Assembly (NCBI GenBank): GCA_051294375.1
Contig: CM119266.1
Location: forward strand, 20,037,657 to 20,101,656
Reading direction: 5' to 3'
Source of the DNA: Paraspadella gotoi
Lineage: Eukaryota > Animalia > Chaetognatha
DNA length: 64,000 bases
In this document: in pieces, positions 28,501-39,207 of the stretch
Numbering within the stretch: position 1 is the first letter of the stretch
Layout of the letters: each line of letters opens with the position of its first letter
Translations under genes and position numbers: made by a program
Notes under the pieces: model-generated
What the model was told of the DNA's origin: nothing
Databases searched by the model: none
What the model saw: only the letters and a program-made list of their open reading frames with translations

Positions 28501-30532
28501 AAAATCATTAAAATACCTCTGCTAGGTTGCAAGTCCTGGAGGAAGAAGTTTGAGAGCTGAATTAGATAAAAACTGAAAAAAATCACAATACTTCAAAATG
28601 TCAGCAACAAAACAAAACGGCTTCAAATTCACTCAGCTTCCCAAAATTTTGTTTCTATAAGTAAATTAATAATAACCTAAGTCCCAAAGAAAAGGATTAT
28701 CGTGTATGCTATCATTGCTATAGTTACTAAGAATTGTGGGGCCCTCATTGATTTTAAACAAGGGCATAAGAACTTTCCATTGAAATTGTTTGTTTTTTAC
28801 CTCGAGAGAGGCTCTAACTTGACTGAATTAGGGGCCCCATTAAAAGTGAAAAATGGACTATATCCCTGAAACTGTTGGGAGATTACCAATAAAGGTGCCT
28901 TGATTTGACTTAAATAGGGGCCCAACTTGACCCGTAAAGTCTAAACGAGGCCAAGCATGATCTAACCCGAATTTGATCAGTGAGACTATCTGCACAGACT
29001 GAACCTTTTTTTATAATCACTCCATTCCTTTTTTTCCCTTTCCCCCCCCCCCACCCTTCTTTTTTTTCTTTCTTTTCTTCTTTCTTTTCTTTTTTTTTCT
29101 TTCTTCTCAGGGCCATCCCTGGCCCCCTGGAGCCATCCCGGTCCCCCTGTGGCCCGAGCCCTTCGCCTGAGGAGAATGAAAGCCCCCTCTCGCCGCCCCT
29201 GCTGTTACATCTCGCATATGCCTGAAAGGCGGGAGAGATAAAAAGACAAAATTGTCGCGGGAAAATCACGTTTCAAAACGACAACTCGTGTCGTTTATGC
29301 CAAAACCTGAGGGTTTCCCAAGACTCGTCTTTGGTCGGTTGTGCAGTGACGGGAGTGCTCTGGTTGGACGAAGATAATGAGGGCGTGTTCGCCGATTGTT
29401 GAGAAGATGGTTCCGAATAAGAGGTAAGATCACTATAAAGAATTTAAAAGCCAAACGTTATTTAACTGTCACTATTAACAGCGTAATTAAAAAAAAAATT
29501 ACTTCGCGCTCAACAGATGTAGATGTTTATTGTAATAAGCCTCGGCCGATGCGACCACGCTCCATCCTTGAGAACGAATTTCCAGCAAGCGAAGAACGGC
29601 GTAGCGTACAGATCGAAGTCGCGGCGCCGGAATAGTCTTCGAATGCACCAGATCGCGAAGCGACTGAAATAACTCCCCAATCACCTCTGAAAATTTTCGA
29701 TAGTTCTTTATTAAATTTATTTATAAATAAACAAAAACCGGTAAGTTTTACGGTTGCGCGGTTACCTTTCTATCAATTAGTGTTATGAAATTAATTATTA
29801 ATTAATGCAATATTAGTTATGAGCATTAAAAGCACAAGTAGGACAGACGGACTGAAAAGTGACTTATTTAAAAAAAATTCTTCTCAGATATTTACAATTC
29901 CAACCACAGAAAAATTGAAGCCCAGAAAACAGAACCCGAACTTATTGTTGTAAAGTCTCAATCATTAATAAGGGTAGTTAGGGTAAAGAGTGGTGAAGGT
30001 TTGGGGTAATAAGAGTTAAGAGTAGTTAGGGAAGGTTAGGAGTGGCAAGGGTTAAGGGTGGTTTTTGAAAAAGTTTTTGTATTCTTACCAGTATTATTTT
30101 TTTAGCGTAAATAAATTCATAAACAAAATTGCTCGGAAAAAAAAATCACCGACTGATAAATCTTAAACAAGGAATGTAAAATTTTGCCAAAATATAATTA
30201 CCTGAATGAGTGCTCTCAAGCTTTGATCCATTATTAACGAGGAAAGTTGAAAGTTCGACTAATTGTTCAATGGTGACACAGCCAGACTTTAAAGCTTTGA
30301 CTACAGATTCTAGGAGAGAGTGCTGAGGCTCTAAAAAAATGTCATATAAGTATAAAAATCAGATTATTATTGGTGTATATTAATGGGATTTATTAAATAA
30401 TCATATACCCGAAATATGAGGGAAAACAAGTTCCCTAGCAGCTTGGGCCTGGGGTTTCGTAGGGATTTGGCGTCCAACTTTGCTATCTAATTTAACACGA
30501 GCACCACGCCCTCTACCCAATGAGGTGGACAT
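16525..30532 (-). CDS. Multi-exon RNA-binding protein with an MIF4G/PAIP1-like helical fragment and a PABP-type RRM (may be more than one gene)
   Basis: ATG at 30532 (MSTSLGRGRGAR..). Exon about 29686-29503 encodes ..RSVRYAVLRLLEIRSQGWSVVASAEAYY. RRM split over exons about 25979-25846 (DIYVRNLSEDVDEKQLRKAFDSFG) and about 21482-21330 (GYGFVSFDCLESANRAITAMNG..KLYVALAQ). Many further GT-AG exons down to a stop at 16525. The full exon chain was not verified. Confidence 0.6.
19381..19521. repeat. 18-bp minisatellite (TTGCATAATTTRRTMAWY)
   Basis: About 8 tandem units; accounts for the HNLVIL-repeat ORF. Confidence 0.9.
19590..19940. mobile_element. Helentron/DINE-1-like non-autonomous element (HINE-like family 1)
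   Basis: Terminal hairpin AGTCGGAGTCTGC-TTATAA-GCAGATCCAACT next to a poly-A/T end, plus GACGGAC/GTCCGTC motifs; homologous to 52560-52950 (reverse complement) and 59500-59680. Confidence 0.55.
20641..20830. repeat. 21-bp tandem repeat (GAAAGGAGGAATCAGGATAAA) x about 9
   Basis: Near-perfect head-to-tail units with no spacers; intronic. Confidence 0.95.
21075..21225 (+). mobile_element. tRNA-derived SINE-like element
   Basis: A-box-like TGGCTCGTTGAGT and B-box GGTTCAATCCC at tRNA spacing; no proper cloverleaf; followed by a GC-rich body. Single copy in this window. Confidence 0.45.
23399..24465. mobile_element. Non-autonomous Penelope-like element with inverted pseudo-LTRs, each with a minimal hammerhead
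   Basis: Inverted arms 23427-23648 and 24234-24465; hammerheads 23475-23510 (-) and 24381-24416 (+); flanked by a 23-bp direct repeat TATGGTGCAAATTA(T/A)ATTAATTT at 23376-23398 and 24465-24487. Confidence 0.82.
24921..25610 (+). pseudogene. Gypsy-type gag N-terminal remnant in an intron
   Basis: GC-rich, frameshifted, Pro-rich region ending in PKLPSFDSSNIKLWLAGVDASFGVAGVED, resembling the KLPxF...P.LWF.Q.EA.F gag start motif; truncated abruptly by AT-rich DNA. Confidence 0.6.
28081..28554. mobile_element. MITE-like element with 35-bp inverted repeats and internal approx. 120-bp tandem units
   Basis: CTCAAACTTCTGCCTCCAGGACTTGTAACCTGGCA (28081-28115) is the inverse of TGCTAGGTTGCAAGTCCTGGAGGAAGAAGTTTGAG (28520-28554); ATCACAATCATTGTGCCT recurs at about 28144 and 28265. 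Confidence 0.65.
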
Positions 30533-30823
30533 TTTTTTAATTTTATACTTTTATACCTGAAAAGAAAATTGTGAAAATTGAAGGTACGAAATCCTTAAAA
30601 GAAAATCATCTATAGTTTGGTTTTGAATTTTGAATAAAAACGAAAATTAAAAAAAATCAAAGAGATATAAGATATCTAATCATTAGTTTTTGACTGCTTT
30701 AGCTAACAGGAATGAACAAATAGAGAGCCCAACAGATGGACATTAGATAAATTTTTTTTCATAATTACAAAAATGTGACAAGGCTATGTTTTATTTGACA
30801 AACAAAATAAATAAACGTTTCTT

Positions 30824-33800
30824 TTAACTATCAAAAAATGTTTTAAGTAGATGCAACTTCTCACTTTTCATATTGTATTCTGCGGTCAAATTTTTCAGTT
30901 CGTCTCCTAGATTTTTATTCAACTTTTTGAGGGCTTTGATTTCTTTCAAAGTTCCTTGGAGCTCCTTGCGAAGATGTATATTGTTTTCGTCAATAGAAAC
31001 CGATTGGAACTCTTCTAAATTTTCGACGAAGCCCGCAGTTCTGAGCTTCTGAGCCACGTTCATTTCATCAATAACTACGTCGACACTGTGGCGAATGGGC
31101 ACCTCACTATGATCAACTTCATGGCAACGCAAAACAACTGAAGCGTTCACAAAGTCCCTCATCAGCATGGTCGCTTCAGGAGACCAAGCACCGTCAGTTT
31201 CCAAAGCACGTATACCGCGCAAGGCGCATCGAATGCATAGGGCGGGTAATTTGGTCATTTCCTTCGGTAAGTCAATGAGATCTTGAAAATTAACAACGAC
31301 CATATTGCCGTCATCGACAAGCCAAACTTGCACTTTTTTCTCTTCTGCGAAAGTCGCTGCCAAAAGAGCTCGGTGAAGTTTACCCTGGTACAAAGCTAAC
31401 ATTGCAGAACCGCGGGGAACAGTGGCGACCTCCATTTTTCCAAGACCTCCCATCAATTCGCCCGACTTAGATAAAATATTTTCTTCGAGCTGTCGGTACT
31501 TGGATAATTCATCCATTAGGGGTACAACAACACTAAAGTTTTTTGGGTTACTGACGCATTTGAGAATGAAATCGCCTTCAGAACCGATTTGAAGAGATCT
31601 CATTGGTATAGTGTTTGAAAGAGTAACAGGAGGGGCCGACGACGATGCAGGCTTCGACCTCAGCACGGCCCGAGGAACCATACGAGCGGAGTAAAGTGGA
31701 TTCGCATTTGCAACTGGTGGCTTGTATCAAAATTTTTCAAGTAATGTACGGACACAATAATAATAATAATAGTTCTAATGAAAATTCCTGGGTGTTGCGC
31801 CGAATTAATTTTCTTTTTATGTTATCGCAACTCGGAGTAGATGGAGTTGTTGTATCACCTATCTGCTAAATCTAATTATCGACTAAAACTATACACTGTA
31901 TAGTATACAGCGCAACATGAATTATGTAGCATTAACATATTAACACTGCTCCGCATTACATACCTTAGTTATTTGCATTGACTTTTTCTCAGGCGATTAC
32001 AATTTAGGGTTCTCACGTTGCTACACATGGATAAAATATGAACTAAAGTTTCTCAAGGTACATAACCTACTGGGACATCTACTGTCGGGCGCAATGATAG
32101 TTGTAAAAATCGAAATCCTATAAAACATCCTTTTAAAGAAACTTTTTGAAAAAAAAATCTTAAAAGTATAGTGATCTGGCCAGACGTTACTATCCAAGAA
32201 AAAAATGATAATGATAATGATTGATGCAATGATAACCAATAATAATCATTCATTGATGCGATGATAGTCACTCATTGACGCGATCAGAGATAGAGAAAAA
32301 AAAAGAGAGAGAAAGAAAAAGAAATGCAGCCGTTTTTAGACGAATCAGAAAAGGCAGCGAAGGAAAAAAAAAGAGAGAGAGTACGACATATAATTAAAAT
32401 GTAATTATAATTCATAGTATTTTTTATATAAAAATTATTTTGTAAATAAAACAAACAAATGCGTGTAGCAATATGAAACATGTGATTCTAAAAGATCTTG
32501 ATGATGAGAAGCTATATCTCAATTTTTAACTTCCTATGGTAACACACTTTTACAATTTCTAATTGTAAAAATGCTTGACGACGGCAACAACGGCACAAAG
32601 AAGTGATGATTAAGCCCATCTGGCGAGATAAAAAAATATTTTTTAATGAGTCAGTTTATTTGTTAACGTATAGCGTTAACCATATAAATAGTTAAAATTT
32701 AAAATTAAACAAATTTGAATTCGATTTTTTTTTAAAATAAAATTTTTCGTTATATACTTAAAAAAATTTGATACGCAAGAGATTGAGAGTGGAGATGGTT
32801 GGGACGGTTGATCGCTGACTGCATACAATGAGTTTTTTCTGTTGTCCGGAGAAACGGTAGCTTCCTACAAAAGACAAATTTATGTAAAATCTAATTAAAA
32901 CGCACCTTAACAAATTCGAAAATGGGAATTTATAATTTCAGAGGGTCATGTAAGGACACCTGCCAATATGCATGGAATTTTCCTTCTTTTTCTTCCTTTC
33001 TTCTCAACCTTTCCATCTCAGAGATAGCGACCTCGAAATGCAATGCGTTCGCGTTATCGATCTTCTTCCCGTTTAAATTCTCCATGGCGACGTTGGCATT
33101 TCGAAAACTTTCATATGTAACCCAAAGACGTGATAAGTCTTTACGAACATGATCGTTGGCTCGGGATATCTCCAAAACAGTACCATATTCGGAAAACATT
33201 TCTTCAAGGGAAGCTGTTGTGCAGCGACGGGGAACGCCTGTAAGGATTTCCATTTTTACGGTTACGTCGTTAATGAAATGATAAACTATGGCAACGGGGA
33301 GACAAATGTGATTCCCGGGGTGTGGCATCTCCCGACAGCTGGCGCCCCTGCAGTGACCACCCCATGTCGCTGGCGTGTTTATGCCAAAACCATCACACTT
33401 AAGCAGGGTTACAGTGAGGGGATTGAACCAGGAACTCACGGTTGGTGAACGAGTACTAAGCTGTCAAAAGCAATGTGACGAGCTGAATTTTCACCAAGCC
33501 ATACGTGAGGCGAATTTGGGATTCGCCACAAAATCACACAAAACTTAAATGAAAAAGGCCACTTAAATATTTTTAATTCCAGCGCGGCAAGGTTGTGGGA
33601 TCAGAGCGTCAGAAATCAGGCGAAGATTTTTTAACTGATTTGTGTGCCGTCGAGGAAAAACACTACTCGCTAGATAAGGATTAGGTGTTTAGGGGTAAGG
33701 ATAAGGATACTAACTACTAGATAAAATTAGTCAAAAGTTAGTAAACCTTTACCACCGTTAAGTGTCAGTAGGGTTGCTTGGCCCGGTTGGGGTTATAGGT

Positions 33801-34535
33801 TATTTTTGAATAATAAAAGCAACAAGAAAAAAAATTACCGACTTGAAAATCTTAAAAGACGAATATAAGTCAGGGGCCAAATAGCTTATTTATTAAATGA
33901 ATGGATAATTTTTATATTGGTTGTACCAATTTCATAAAATTCAGCTCCTTGTATTTTGATGCTAGTGCGGAGTACAATAAGTATTCCACGATCTAATACT
34001 TAAGGGAGTGGTCTTTTCATACAATTGAAACATTCTTAGAAGCCAGGTACTCTGAGAGTGAATAAACGAGACTGTGAGAGAGTCTTGATTGAAAGCTTGC
34101 AGGGACTTGCTATGTCATAATCTTGTAAGAGTGATGGAGGTCTTAAACCACCAAAGCCTGTCCAAAGTCAGGGGCAAGATAGCTTATTTATTAAATGAAT
34201 GGGATAATTTTTATATTGGTTGTACCAATTTCATAAGTGTTTACCGAATTCAGTATAACCGTTCAGTGAATTTTTGATAAAATTTGTGTTAAAGTTTAGG
34301 CGATATTCATTAATCATTTGAAAGAACGAGAATGCGAACCTGTGATATAAAGCTTTATCGGGCGCTTCTCCTTGGGATCTCTGGTTACGCGACGCTCCTG
34401 TCCGGCATCAGCAGATGTTTCGTCCTGTTGAGCGCAAATATCACGACCAACGCCGGTGTCGTAAACGTTAAAGTATTTATCTGAATACGCATCCGACGCA
34501 GGATTCCATAAGTCCAGGACGTCGCAATGGGACAT
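30824..34535 (-). CDS. RRM + extended Tudor domain protein (Vreteno/TDRD10-like; probable piRNA-pathway factor)
   Basis: Exon 34535-34340 (MSHCDVLDLWNPASDAYSDKYFNVYD..IKLYITG) splices in phase to 33237-32960 (VPRRCTTASLEEMFSEYGTV..WVTYESFRNANVAMENLNG, RRM), then 32864-32775. The last exon has an eTudor fold (LALYQGKLHRA..VQVWLVDDGN..LPALCIRCALRGI..WSPEA) and a coiled coil. Small middle exons are uncertain. Confidence 0.75.
32160..32635. mobile_element. HINE-like family 2 element with subterminal inverted repeats
   Basis: Begins AAAAGTATAGTGATCTGGCCAGACG and ends CATCTGGCGAGATAAAAA. Homologous to 51117-52260, 19960-20160 (palindrome AGACGGGCTTAAGCCCGTCT at 20127-20146) and 11330-11800. Confidence 0.6.
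33867..34235 (+). mobile_element. Family B element: direct repeats with 298-bp period containing a twister-like ribozyme
   Basis: AAGTCAGGGGC..ATAGCTTATTTATTAAATGAATGG..TTGGTTGTACCAATTTCATA occurs at 33867 and 34165; the spacer is homologous to about 13785-13872. Confidence 0.75.
34120..34180 (+). ncRNA. Twister-like ribozyme, P5-permuted, without P1/P3 (family B)
   Basis: P5 ATCTTGT/GCAAGAT; GA then T1 TGGA pairing with loop TCCA; TAA at 34144-34146; P2 AC/GT; T2 AC with GT; P4 CCTG/CAGG around loop TCCAAAGT. Confidence 0.65.
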
Positions 34536-34945
34536 TTTCGTTTGGTCAAAATATTTATAGGATATTTGCTCTGGTAACAAAGCGGAATGATGAAAATAGC
34601 AAGTCTCAACAAAGTAAATAAAATTTAATTTCAAATTTTCTCCAAGAATTTTCAATTAAAAATAAAATATATATATACTGTACCAACGAAGTAACGTAAA
34701 ATACTTTTTATGCGTACATAAAGTGACCGGATGAACGTCTTAAATGTCAATTTAGCAAATGAATAGTTGGTACGCAGTAATAACAAAATTATGGCTCTTT
34801 GGCTTCAAGCCAGTATTCTAAAATCAAAACGCTTAAAAAATAAAATTAAAAAATACAAATCGCTATGTACGAATGACTAAAATCGATATAAACTTTTCTT
34901 GTTTAAAAGGGGGCTTAAAATCGGTTCACAGTGGTCATAGGTTCG

Positions 34946-35018
34946 GTGTTCTAGCCCGGTGGCCGCCTAGCAGTTAAGAGGGACATGACAGGAACGATTC
35001 TATCAGTATCTATCACTA
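34946..35018 (+). mobile_element. Family A LTR fragment
   Basis: GTTCTAGCCCGGTGGCCGCCTAGCAGTTAAGAGGGAC..GAACGATTCTATCA matches LTR positions 49741-49777 and its tail. Confidence 0.7.
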
Positions 35019-35169
35019 AATGAATAATTCATAACAATTATTCAATCTCTTCAACGATTCATTCGCTTTTTTTCCCACCCGCCATTTCTTGATTTAAAAA
35101 ATCTGAAAAAATTTAATTCTAAAAAATAAGAGGGATATACAGTATATATAGTAGTTAAACCACCATAGC

Positions 35170-35240
35170 ATAGGCCTGGCTCAGCTGGCCAACTCTCCAT
35201 CCCAAATGTGTGTTCCTGGTTCGATCTCGGCCGTCTTTTT
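35170..35240 (+). other. Degenerate tRNA-like / Pol III cassette
   Basis: A-box TGGCTCAGCTGG, B-box GGTTCGATCTC, then a T-run; anticodon arm does not form. Confidence 0.4.
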
Positions 35241-35946
35241 GCCCTGATTTCGCTCCAAGTTTAAGACTCCTTTTCTTGTTCATTATTATTACGTGTTCTT
35301 GTATAGTATTAACTATAACGTCAACCTAAAACCTTAACATTTTGATTATAAAAGTTATAAAAGTTACACCTGTTACTTCAATTTTAATTTTTTTAATATT
35401 TTAGAAACCAATTTTAAAATGCCTCACACAGACACACATTTTCATAGCTCTTAATAAAACATTAGTTACATCCATCGATCCATTTCGTTCTTATAGTAAT
35501 TAAATTATAAAACAGCAAATTTTTTTCGTAATTTTTACTTATATATCCTTAACATCCTCTAGGCTAGCACAACACTAAACGGTATACTTTTTGAATTCTA
35601 AATTCTTAAAATTTGAATTGTCCAAAGAACTGGGTGAAAAACCATATTTAAATTTTAAGCTTTAAACAATTAAAGAAAAAAAAAAATCAAAAATGACATA
35701 ATTACTTTTAAAAAAATGATTTTATAAACAAATGCTTGTATGAATTAAAAAATTCTAATTATGAAAAACCTTGATAATGAAAAACCATTTCTAAATTCTC
35801 AGCTTTATACAATTACACACTTATATTTAATTTTTATATTGGTTGTAGCAATTTCATACTTTTCCAATATAATTGCAAAAAGGATGATAACGATAACGAA
35901 TAACGAATAACGAATACTTAAGCCTTAATAGTTACAAATCATATCA

Positions 35947-36969
35947 TTAATCCAAAAAACCAGCTAAATCGGTAATAGAGTTAATATAGTAGTCCGGAAG
36001 AAGGCTACTTAGTGGCATTCCAAAATGATTTTCACCGTCGTCATGACTAAATTGAGTTATTGATTTAAAGGAAGTAACGCCAGTAAAAACTACCAAGGAG
36101 GCAATCCCAGTGCGTTTTGCAAAAGCAATGTCAGATTTCAAGTTGTCCCCTATCATGCAAGTTCGAGTTCGATTTATCCCCGGTATCTCTTTCTTTATTA
36201 TTTCGAACATAAGCGGCTCCGGTTTGCCCATATAAATAGGCGCACGACCAGCGCATGCAGAAACGCACTGCGCCAAACTACCCACAATAGGTTGAACTCG
36301 ACCGGGAGAGAATTCACAGCCTGTCTCCCAAGAAGTTGCGATAAAATAAACGTCAGGGTTTTTTAAATAACTAGCAGCTTTTGCCAGTTTCATATAATTA
36401 AAATACTGATCCTGCCCTACCAGCACTGCTTTGACATTATTCTCCAGAGTTAGGGAAATTAAATCTTCGGGACGGTAGGAGGCAGCAGAGTTGTCGGGAC
36501 CGAAACCAAAACAACGAACTCCATGAGCTTCAAGTTCATTTATCGTCCCCTCTGAAGCCATGGCGTATACCAGTTCATTATCTAAATTTTGTTGTTTCAA
36601 ATAATGAACCAAGACGCGGTTGACACCGAACATATCAGAGATAGAACACTCGTATCCCGTCATGGCTGTTATTTTTTTCACAAACTGAGAGCTCGAAGGG
36701 ATGCTGTTGTTTGAGGCGAACAGAAGGCGTTTTCCCTTTTGGCGAAGTTTTTTTAAAGTAGATGTAACACCTTCAAATCGTCTCTCATGATCGACGTTCC
36801 ATAAAACACCATCACAATCCAGAATAAAGGTATCAAAGTCATTGATAAATTCAGTGGCATTATCACGAGTGATGGGACGCGGACGATTCGAAGTTTCACA
36901 CTGAATCGTTAAGTATGTTCGACGAAATACACGGTCCGCTAATCGAAAACCCGATGAATAAGGAACCAT
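35947..36969 (-). CDS. HAD subfamily IIA phosphatase (phosphoglycolate/glycerol-3-phosphate or pyridoxal phosphatase-like), intronless
   Basis: Motif I FILDCDGVLW, motif II ASNNS, motif III GKP, motif IV MIGDNLKSDI, C-terminal V.TGV and PDYYINSI. Confidence 0.92.
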   Translation of the reverse strand: MVPYSSGFRLADRVFRRTYLTIQCETSNRPRPITRDNATEFINDFDTFILDCDGVLWNVDHERRFEGVTSTLKKLRQKGKRLLFASNNSIPSSSQFVKKITAMTGYECSISDMFGVNRVLVHYLKQQNLDNELVYAMASEGTINELEAHGVRCFGFGPDNSAASYRPEDLISLTLENNVKAVLVGQDQYFNYMKLAKAASYLKNPDVYFIATSWETGCEFSPGRVQPIVGSLAQCVSACAGRAPIYMGKPEPLMFEIIKKEIPGINRTRTCMIGDNLKSDIAFAKRTGIASLVVFTGVTSFKSITQFSHDDGENHFGMPLSSLLPDYYINSITDLAGFLD

Positions 36970-38354
36970 TGTTCATCTCGTCGGAAAATACGAACAATTG
37001 CAAATTTTGCTAGTAACCAAGGTGAAAGTTCATTTCTATTCAAATGATGTGAATGTTCATTTCAATTCTAAAACCAAATTTAAAACATTAGAAAACAATT
37101 AAAATATGGTTTCAGTATATAAATTGAAAATACTCTGATATATTTGCAAACATTGATGATTGACGCCTTTGAACTATTTAAGCCGTAAAACCGTTGAGAT
37201 AAACTTTGAAAAACCGCAAAATAATCCGTCATCTGCCCTTGGTTTACTGCATGGGTGATATGACCAATAAAGCGTAGTAAAAATTTTAAATTTAACTTTA
37301 ATTAAAATTCTAAAAGTGAGGAACTAACAACATTATACTAATTAAAATTTATGTGTAAAAAAATTTTATAATAAATTTTACAATTTACGCAGTAGGCTAT
37401 ATTTAATAAATATAAATATAAATATTATAAATAAAATAAATAAATATAAATAAATAAATATAAATAAAATATAAATATTATTTATACTACTACTAATCCA
37501 ATAAATGTTAAAATTTCAAAATAGTTTTTTGTATGATTTTTTTGCAGATTTGGATTCGTCATGAAAAGAGAGAAATATTACTCTTTTTTAAAAATTATTT
37601 TAAAAACCTATATTTTAAGCTTTTATCAACTTTTGACAAGGAATTTGCCTAATTTGAAATTTTTCGATTTTATAAGGATAGTACTATATATAAATATAGC
37701 CTACTGTAAAAATTATCAAAGAATATAAATTTTTTTTTTTACAAATTAATGTTCACTGATGGTATGTTGTTCATAATTAACATTCAAAATTTTCGTATGT
37801 AACCTTCACTACGCTCTAATGACCAACGTTTCAGTTGTATCAGCTAACGAGTTTTTGTTACAGAAGAAATCCTTTCAGTATCACTTTCAGGTGTAAAATA
37901 AATTATTCCAGTAACAATAATTCATAATGCCCTTGTCCAACTTAGTGCGTTTTGATTTAATCAAATGAAAAATTGGCTTTCATACCAATTAAATATCCCA
38001 AATATCTAAGAAAATATCTAAGATACTTAGGTTTGATCGAATAAAATAATAAATTAACCATTCATTTAATAAAGCTAATTAAATTAATGGGTAGAAATAA
38101 GTTTAGAACTGATCAGTATAAGGCAACCAATGGCTCAAATGAAATAATGGAATTTCCTCGAATGACAACAGTCCCAATCTGTAACAAAGAAAATTCAAGA
38201 AAATATATAAGAAATTTGCATTGAAAATTACCAGACTAGGGACTAGGCAGTTACCTTTGCCTTCGGGTCTTTCATTGATATTACGGTACATTCATTAATG
38301 ACCTAAAAAACATTCTAAATTATTCGACCACACAATTACAAAGCAGAAATATGG

Positions 38355-38441
38355 GATAGAGGCCTTAACCCTGTCCAAAGTTAGGGGCAAGATAGCTTAT
38401 TTATTTAATGATTTTTATACTGGTTGTAGGTACCAATTTCA
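38355..38441 (+). repeat. Family B degenerate copy
   Basis: GAGGCCTTAACCCTGTCCAAAGTTAGGGGCAAGATAGCTTATTTATT..TGGTTGTAGGTACCAATTTCA. Confidence 0.7.
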
Positions 38442-39207
38442 TGACTGTCTAGCTTCATCTCTGAATTAGCTTACTTTCAGTTATACCTCCCAGATCAGGT
38501 TTATCTTTTGTTTTGGTGATTTGTTATATAAGATAACATTTTGAAATATTTTTTACATCAACATCCCCATCTCGAATTCACTGAAAACCTTAACAATGCA
38601 TAAAACCTAACGACTTATGAAAGTTTAGCGGCATGGTGCTCTTAGATTAATAAGTTTAGCGAACAGCTTCTGTACTAGCGTCTGCACGGAAAATTTTTTT
38701 AGCTATAACTTTATATTAAAAAAATAATATAAAATGGCTAAATTTATTATTAATATTATACTAGTCAACTCGGTTCTCGCGACTAAATTTAATTAAATTT
38801 ACCACGTTCATAAATGGATCGAAGCCAATCAATGTCCCTTTCAACTTCATATGGCATATTAGTTGAACCAATACTGGTTTATTGACCAACTTTTTAAGTT
38901 CAGGACAATTAATTTTGGACATCTTTTATCAATCTAGCGTAGAGATAACAAAAAATTAAAGGAAATTAAATAAAATGTTACATGCACGACTAACCAAATT
39001 AAATACGCGTGTAAAAGAATTAAGGTTTGAACTAAACCAATTTCCAGCGTACTTTGTTTTCTCATCAATCTAGTTTCGAAAGGAAAAAAGAGAAAACCGG
39101 TTTAAAAAGTCTGCAAATACGAAAAGAAAAAACAAATCGTTATTTCATATTAACGGTAGGAAACAAGCCGTTTAAGATTAGATTTGGATTGTGTTTTACA
39201 CAAAACT

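Noticed and set aside
29965-30065. TTAGGG-like runs (also near 945, 12300, 39950, 46920, 59780) as telomeric arrays
   Set aside because: Short, degenerate and embedded in dispersed repeats; not true telomere tracts.
32930-33439. 169-aa ORF as a standalone gene
   Set aside because: Only 33237-32960 is exon (RRM of the Vreteno-like gene); the remainder is read-through into introns.
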